Below, piece by piece: positions 56,042 through 64,000 of a stretch of 64,000 bases of DNA. This stretch comes from Eledone cirrhosa. Taxonomy: Eukaryota. The stretch is from positions 340,070,001 to 340,134,000 of the forward strand of contig OZ024740.1 in assembly GCA_964016885.1 (NCBI GenBank). The letters run 5' to 3'. A program made the translations under genes and the position numbers. The notes under the pieces were generated by a model, which was given only the letters and a program-made list of their open reading frames with translations, was not told the origin of the DNA and searched no databases. The number at the start of each line of letters is the position of its first letter. Within the stretch, counting starts at the first letter, position 1.

Positions 56042-56042
<1 letters not shown>
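55930..56042 (+). mobile_element. Short non-autonomous Helitron-like element
   Basis: 5' TCTATATATATAAA; 3' hairpin acccgg-gcaacg-ccgggt then CTAG|T; a degenerate relative ends at 47478. Confidence 0.65.
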
Positions 56043-56081
<39 letters not shown>

Positions 56082-56217
56082 TTAGTACAGATTAAAAGTT
56101 TGAGCAAATAATTTCTGTATTCACCCTTAGCAGGATCATCTGAAACTGAGAAATATCAATTTGTAGATGCAGAAGTAGATATTTAGAAAAAAAAACGACT
56201 AAATATATATATATCTA

Positions 56218-56278
<61 letters not shown>

Positions 56279-56280
56279 AT

Positions 56281-56312
<32 letters not shown>

Positions 56313-56313
56313 G

Positions 56314-56344
<31 letters not shown>

Positions 56345-56883
56345 ATGTATCATCATCATCATCATCATCAACGTTTAACGTCCGTGTTCCACGCTTGCAT
56401 GGGTTTGGACGGGGGTAGTCCCACTTGAGGCAAGAGTGATTGTCTTGCTCGCATAGGACTGTCTGGCAGGTTTTCTACAGTTGGATGCCCTTCCTAACAC
56501 CAACCACATTTACAGTGTGGGTCTGGGAGGTTTTTACCGTGTTGCCTACACGGCCACATTACAGCGTGGACTGTGTGTTTTTTTGTCGTGACACCTACAC
56601 GATCTCATTTGTTTCGGCCTGGATGGCGCGGCACCAACATAACTTTACATAGAACGGGGTGGTGTGGATAGGGTGGGGGTGGTGGTGGGACGGGGTGTAT
56701 TTTGTTAGAGATGCCTACTGGCAAGGCGGGTCTTCTCTGTTACTGAGTACCGCCAAAGGTCTCGGTCCAGTGACATTGTCTTGGAGAGGTGTAAGTGTGT
56801 GAGGTCGGAGTTTATCAGCTCATCCCATGTTTTTCTAGGTCTGCCTATTCCGTTGTATATATATATATATGTATATGTATATG

Positions 56884-56914
<31 letters not shown>

Positions 56915-57050
56915 GTATATATATGTATATATATATATATGTATATATATATATGTATGTATATATATATGTATATATATGTATATATGTATGTATATAT
57001 ATATGTATATATATGTATGTATATATATATGTATATATATATATATATAT

Positions 57051-57314
<264 letters not shown>

Positions 57315-57323
57315 TTATATATA

Positions 57324-57912
57324 TGGTGGCTGCCAACTCGTTTTCGAGTACGGCCACTACTTTATATCCATGTAGGAGAACCCCTACCGATGCACTGAAC
57401 GAGTGTGACTTTTTAGTCCAGCCAACTCTGGTACAAACACTACACTTGTGACAATTATTGACACATAGTACTGGGCCCATGGTACCATGTGACGACAAGT
57501 GCAGAGAGATCTCCAGATATAAAGCAATGCCTGTGCCGTGAAGCTTTTATAGTGAGCAAAGGCACTGCACAAAGCCAGTCCCACTCTCTTAACCAAGATG
57601 ATATTTACCAAAAAGAAGAACAATCAACATCATTGGATACCATCAGGGTTGCAGGTGTTATATCAGAGTTTTCCTTCTCCTAGAATTCTGCCTTGACAAA
57701 GGCTAAGGGGTCATCTCTCCCGGTGATTTTGGATGGCCATTGACTCTTAAGAGCTCCTTTGCCCTTTGACAGGTTTTGTTTTTAGTCCTGCAGGATGTCC
57801 AAAGTCACCCTCCTCACCAAGAAACCTTGGTGGGGTTGCCAGTTTAGTCGCCAACGACCTGACCATTAGACAGGTTGTACTGGGATACATGTTACCAGTA
57901 GCACCAGCAGAC
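57324..57912 (-). mobile_element. RTE-derived short element, copy 3 (589 bp)
   Basis: Homologous to 2651-3193 with extra 5' sequence and an 11-bp deletion in the zinc-finger remnant. Confidence 0.7.
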
Positions 57913-57963
<51 letters not shown>

Positions 57964-57975
57964 CACATGTATATA

Positions 57976-58150
<175 letters not shown>

Positions 58151-58179
58151 GTATTTATATATATATACATATATGTATA

Positions 58180-58229
<50 letters not shown>

Positions 58230-58264
58230 TACATATATATACATGTGTATATATATATATATAC

Positions 58265-58388
<124 letters not shown>

Positions 58389-58401
58389 GTATATATATAT
58401 G

Positions 58402-58440
<39 letters not shown>

Positions 58441-58973
58441 CATCATCATCATCATCATCAACGTTTAACGTCCGTGTTCCACGCTTGCATGGGTTTGGAC
58501 GGGGGTAGTCCCACTTGAGGCAAGAGTGATTGTCTTGCTCGCATAGGACTGTCTGGCAGGTTTTCTACAGTTGGATGCCCTTCCTAACACCAACCACATT
58601 TACAGTGTGGGTCTGGGAGGTTTTTACCGTGTTGCCTACACGGCCACATTACAGCGTGGACTGTGTGTTTTTTTGTCGTGACACCTACACGATCTCATTT
58701 GTTTCGGCCTGGATGGCGCGGCACCAACATAACTTTACATAGAACGGGGTGGTGTGGATGGGGTGGGGGTGGTGGCGGGACGGGGTGTATTTTGTTAGAG
58801 ATGCCTACTGGCAAGGCGGGTCTTCTCTGTTACTGAGTACCGCCAAAGGTCTCGGTCCAGTGACATTGTCTTGGAGAGGTGTAAGTGTGTGAGGTCGGAG
58901 TTTATCAGCTCATCCCATGTTTTTCTAGGTCTGCCTATTCCGTTGTATATATATATATATGTATATGTATATG

Positions 58974-59004
<31 letters not shown>

Positions 59005-59140
59005 GTATATATATGTATATATATATATATGTATATATATATATGTATGTATATATATATGTATATATATGTATATATGTATGTATATATATATGTATAT
59101 ATATGTATGTATATATATATGTATATATATATATATATAT

Positions 59141-59216
<76 letters not shown>

Positions 59217-59229
59217 TATATATATATAT

Positions 59230-60043
<814 letters not shown>

Positions 60044-60050
60044 GTATATA

Positions 60051-60219
<169 letters not shown>

Positions 60220-60250
60220 GTATTTATATATATATACATATATGTATATA

Positions 60251-60300
<50 letters not shown>

Positions 60301-60337
60301 TATACATATATATACATGTGTATATATATATATATAC

Positions 60338-60504
<167 letters not shown>

Positions 60505-60509
60505 TATAC

Positions 60510-60614
<105 letters not shown>

Positions 60615-60619
60615 CACAC

Positions 60620-60676
<57 letters not shown>

Positions 60677-60678
60677 TG

Positions 60679-60711
<33 letters not shown>

Positions 60712-60712
<1 letters not shown>

Positions 60713-63560
60713 AAAAACGTGACAATCACCTGATCACCTATAGATCCGGGGAACACACAAGCCAGGTAGATTATATCCTTACCAGAAGACGTGACAGAGT
60801 GTCTGTCGTAAACACTAAATCCCTCCCCCATGAAGAATGCACCTCCCAACATAGACTGATAATTAGCGACCTCATAGTCAGGACGAGACGTACTCGACAG
60901 CAGAAGAGGACTATCCTCAGGAGAAAAATATGGAAGCTAAAGGACCCCACAGCCAGAAATAAATTTCAAAGCATATTACTTGATGCTTTCGACAGTAAGG
61001 AAGAACATTTACAGTCGGACAATATAGAGGGACAGTGGGAATTTCTGAAAGCAAACCTGCTGATGGCGACAGACGAAGTCTGTGGATGGAGCAGGCCTGT
61101 AGGCAGGAGGAGAGTAACATGGTGGTGGAACAGTAAAGTGGAGGGGTCAATTAAGGCCAAAAAGCAGGCTTGGAAAGTATGGCGGGATGGGGGAAGTAGA
61201 GAAGATTATCAAGTGGCCAGGAGGGAAGCTAGGAGACAAGTGTACTTAGCAAGAAGGGAAGCAGAGGAAAGAAAGTTCAAGCATGTTCTACAACGCGAGG
61301 ACCCAAAAACGTGAGGTGTTCAGGATTGCTAGGCAATGCGTCAAGGAAAACCGTGATATTGTCGGGGAGAAGTGTGTACTAAACGATGATGGCACACTTG
61401 CCATCACCGACGCTGATAAGAAGGTAGCTTGGAAGTGTCACTATGAAAGGCTACTAAATGAGGAGAATAAATGGGAGAAAGACAGTCTCCCCCATATCGA
61501 CCCAATAGAGGGACCAGCAGTGTTAGTCGAGGGGAGTATAATAAGTAAGGCAATCAAGGATATGAAGACGGGTAAGGCGGCTGGGCCTTCGCAAATAGTT
61601 GCTGAGATGCTGAAGGCATCTGGCACGGTGGGACACACCATGGTCACCCGCATAGTTAACCAAGTCGTACAGAATGGGGTTGTTCCGAAGGACTGGCATA
61701 GCAGCATCATCGTTAACTGTTATAAGGGTAAAGGAGACGCCCTAGATAGGAGTAACTATAGAGGCATTAAATTAATCGACCAGGTCATGAAGGTCACGGA
61801 AAAAGTAATAGCGCAACTAATCAGAGAGAGAATTGACCTAGATGAAATGCAGTTCGGGTTTGTGTCAGTAAAAAGTACCACAGACGCTCTTTTCATTGTA
61901 CGACAACTACAGGAGAAGTACCTAGCTAAAAGTAAACAGCTATACATAGCTTTCGTCGACTTGGAGAAGGCCTTCGACAGAGTCCCCCGTTCCATTATCT
62001 GGTGGGCTCTTAGAAAACTAGGTGTCGATGAATGGCTTGTGAGAGCTATACAAGCCATGTATAAAGAAACAGTCAGCAAGGTTAGAATTAACAACGAATA
62101 TAGTGAAGAGTTTAGTGTAAAAGTTGGTGTTCATCAGGGCTCTGTTCTTAGCCCCCTACTATTTATTATTGCCCTCCAGGCTATAACAGTGGAGTTCAAG
62201 ACCGGCTGCCCATGGGAACTCCTATACGCAGATGATCTAACGCTCATAGCTGAATCAATGGCCGAGCTAGAGAAGAAATTCCAAACATGGAAGCACGGGC
62301 TAGAATCAAACGGCCTTAAAATTAACCTGGCTAAGACTAAAGTTCTAGTTTGTAAGAAAGAAAATAAGGCGGCGGTCCCCCGCGGGAAGTGGCCATGCGC
62401 AGAGTGTAGGAAAGGCATAGGTAGAAACTCCATTTTATGTCCCAAATGCAAAGTATGGGTGCATAAAAGATGTAGTGGGATCACAGGTAAGCTAACTAAG
62501 AACACAAATTTTACATGTGGCCGGTGCTCTGGTGCAATAAGTAGCAGCAAGTGCCCACAGAATACTAGCTCTTTTAATTACGTAGAGGGTTCTATAGAAA
62601 TAGTGGACAGCTTCCGTTACCTGGGTGACAAAATCAGCAGTGGGAGAGGGTGCTCTGAAAGTACAGTAGCTAGAGTCAGAACTGGGTGGAAAAAGTTCAG
62701 AGAGCTTATACCACTATTAGCCGCTAAAGGGTTCTCCCTAAAAATGAAAGGCAGGTTGTACGATGCCTGCATACGAACAGCAATGTTGCATGGCAGTGAG
62801 ACCTGGGCATTGTGTGCAGAGGATATACGCAGACTAGAGAGAAACGAAGCTTGCATGCTCTGCTGGATGTGTAATAGTAATATACGGGAATGACAAAGCA
62901 TAAACGAACTAAGGAAAAAATTAGAAATAAGAGGGATCAGATGTTGTTTACTCGAGAGAAGGTTACGTTGGTATGGTCACGTGATGCGCATGAAGGACGA
63001 TAGCTGTATAACAAAGTGCAGGGCAATAAAGATAGACGGTAGCCACGGAATAGGCAGACCCAGAAAAACCTGGGACGAGCTGATAAACTCCGATCTCACA
63101 CACTTACACCTCACCAAGACAATGTCACTGGACCGAGACCTTTGGCGGTACTCAGTAATAGAGAAGACCCGCCTTACCTAAATACAAAGTAAAACCTACT
63201 ACAGTCAGTAGGCATCTCTAACAAAATACACCCCCGTCCCACCACCCCCACCCCATCCACACCGCCCCCCTTCTATGTAAAGTTATGTTGGTGCCACACC
63301 ATCGAGGCCGAAACAAATGAGATCGTGTAGGTGTCACGACAAAAAAACACACAGTCCACGCTGTAATGTGGCCGTGTAGGCAACACGGTAAAAACCTCCC
63401 AGACCCACACTGTAAATGTGGTTGGTGTTAGGAAGGGCATCCAACTGTAGAAAACCTGCCAGACAGTCCTATGCGAGCAAGACAATCACTCTTGCCTCAA
63501 GTGGGAAAACCCCCGTCCAGAACCATGCAAGCGTGGAACACGGACGTTAAACGATGATGA

Positions 63561-63562
<2 letters not shown>
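60712..63562 (+). mobile_element. 5'-truncated RTE LINE (APE C-terminus, RT, PHD-like domain, 3'UTR)
   Basis: TYRSG..SQVDYIL, SQHRL, NYRGIKL, FVDLEKAFDRVP, GVHQGSVLSP, LLYADD; frameshift near 61300 and stop at 62891. Confidence 0.95.
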
Positions 63563-63651
<89 letters not shown>

Positions 63652-63652
<1 letters not shown>

Positions 63653-63822
63653 CACTGTAAATGAGGTTGGTGTTAGGAAGGGCATCCAGCTGTAGAAATC
63701 AAGCCAGATCAGTTCCTGTATGAGCAAGGCATGGTCAGCCGACCAGACACTGCCCACAACAGGACAACCCGTCTAACCCATGCTAGCGTGGAAGAACGGA
63801 CGTAAAACGATGATGATGATGA
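63652..63822 (+). mobile_element. RTE 3' terminus of the 42403 family
   Basis: Nearly identical to 43388-43560. Confidence 0.85.
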
Positions 63823-63837
63823 TATATGTATATATAC

Positions 63838-63871
<34 letters not shown>

Positions 63872-64000
63872 GTATAAGTATGTACACGTACATACATATA
63901 TGTATACCGACGTACAGTAGTATGTATATATATATATACATACATGCACACATATATGGGAAATGAAATATCGTTTCATTTTTTTCCGTTTATCGTTTTC

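Overview
Eukaryotic, AT-rich, almost entirely repetitive DNA. The mix of kb-long (TA)n/(TACA)n tracts, RTE LINEs with (GAT)n tails and one SINE family resembles an octopod cephalopod genome; this is recognition from memory and not verified. The window holds two Tx1/L1-clade LINEs in opposite orientations, a degenerate full-length Gypsy LTR element with a 4-bp TSD, a non-coding LTR element nested in a Tigger/pogo-like MITE, four CRE-clade fragments, many RTE fragments, SINEs, MITEs and short Helitron remnants. There is one probable host exon encoding a signal peptide (14652-14735, minus). The main finding is a tandem array of about 4.3 copies of a 484-485-bp unit (8647-10760) between giant (TA)n tracts. 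Each full unit carries a complete type I hammerhead ribozyme with a palindromic stem III and a predicted stem I-stem II pseudoknot, i.e. a retrozyme-like or Penelope pLTR-like self-cleaving RNA array. Other notable items: a PBS that reads about 32 nt into tRNA-Trp with a mismatch opposite m1A58, a 19-20-bp duplication around an LTR element, a Bov-A-like bipartite RTE derivative, and possible TATC-type target preference of the Tx1 elements. All Y/I-rich ORFs are microsatellite artefacts. Coordinates of degenerate repeats are approximate.
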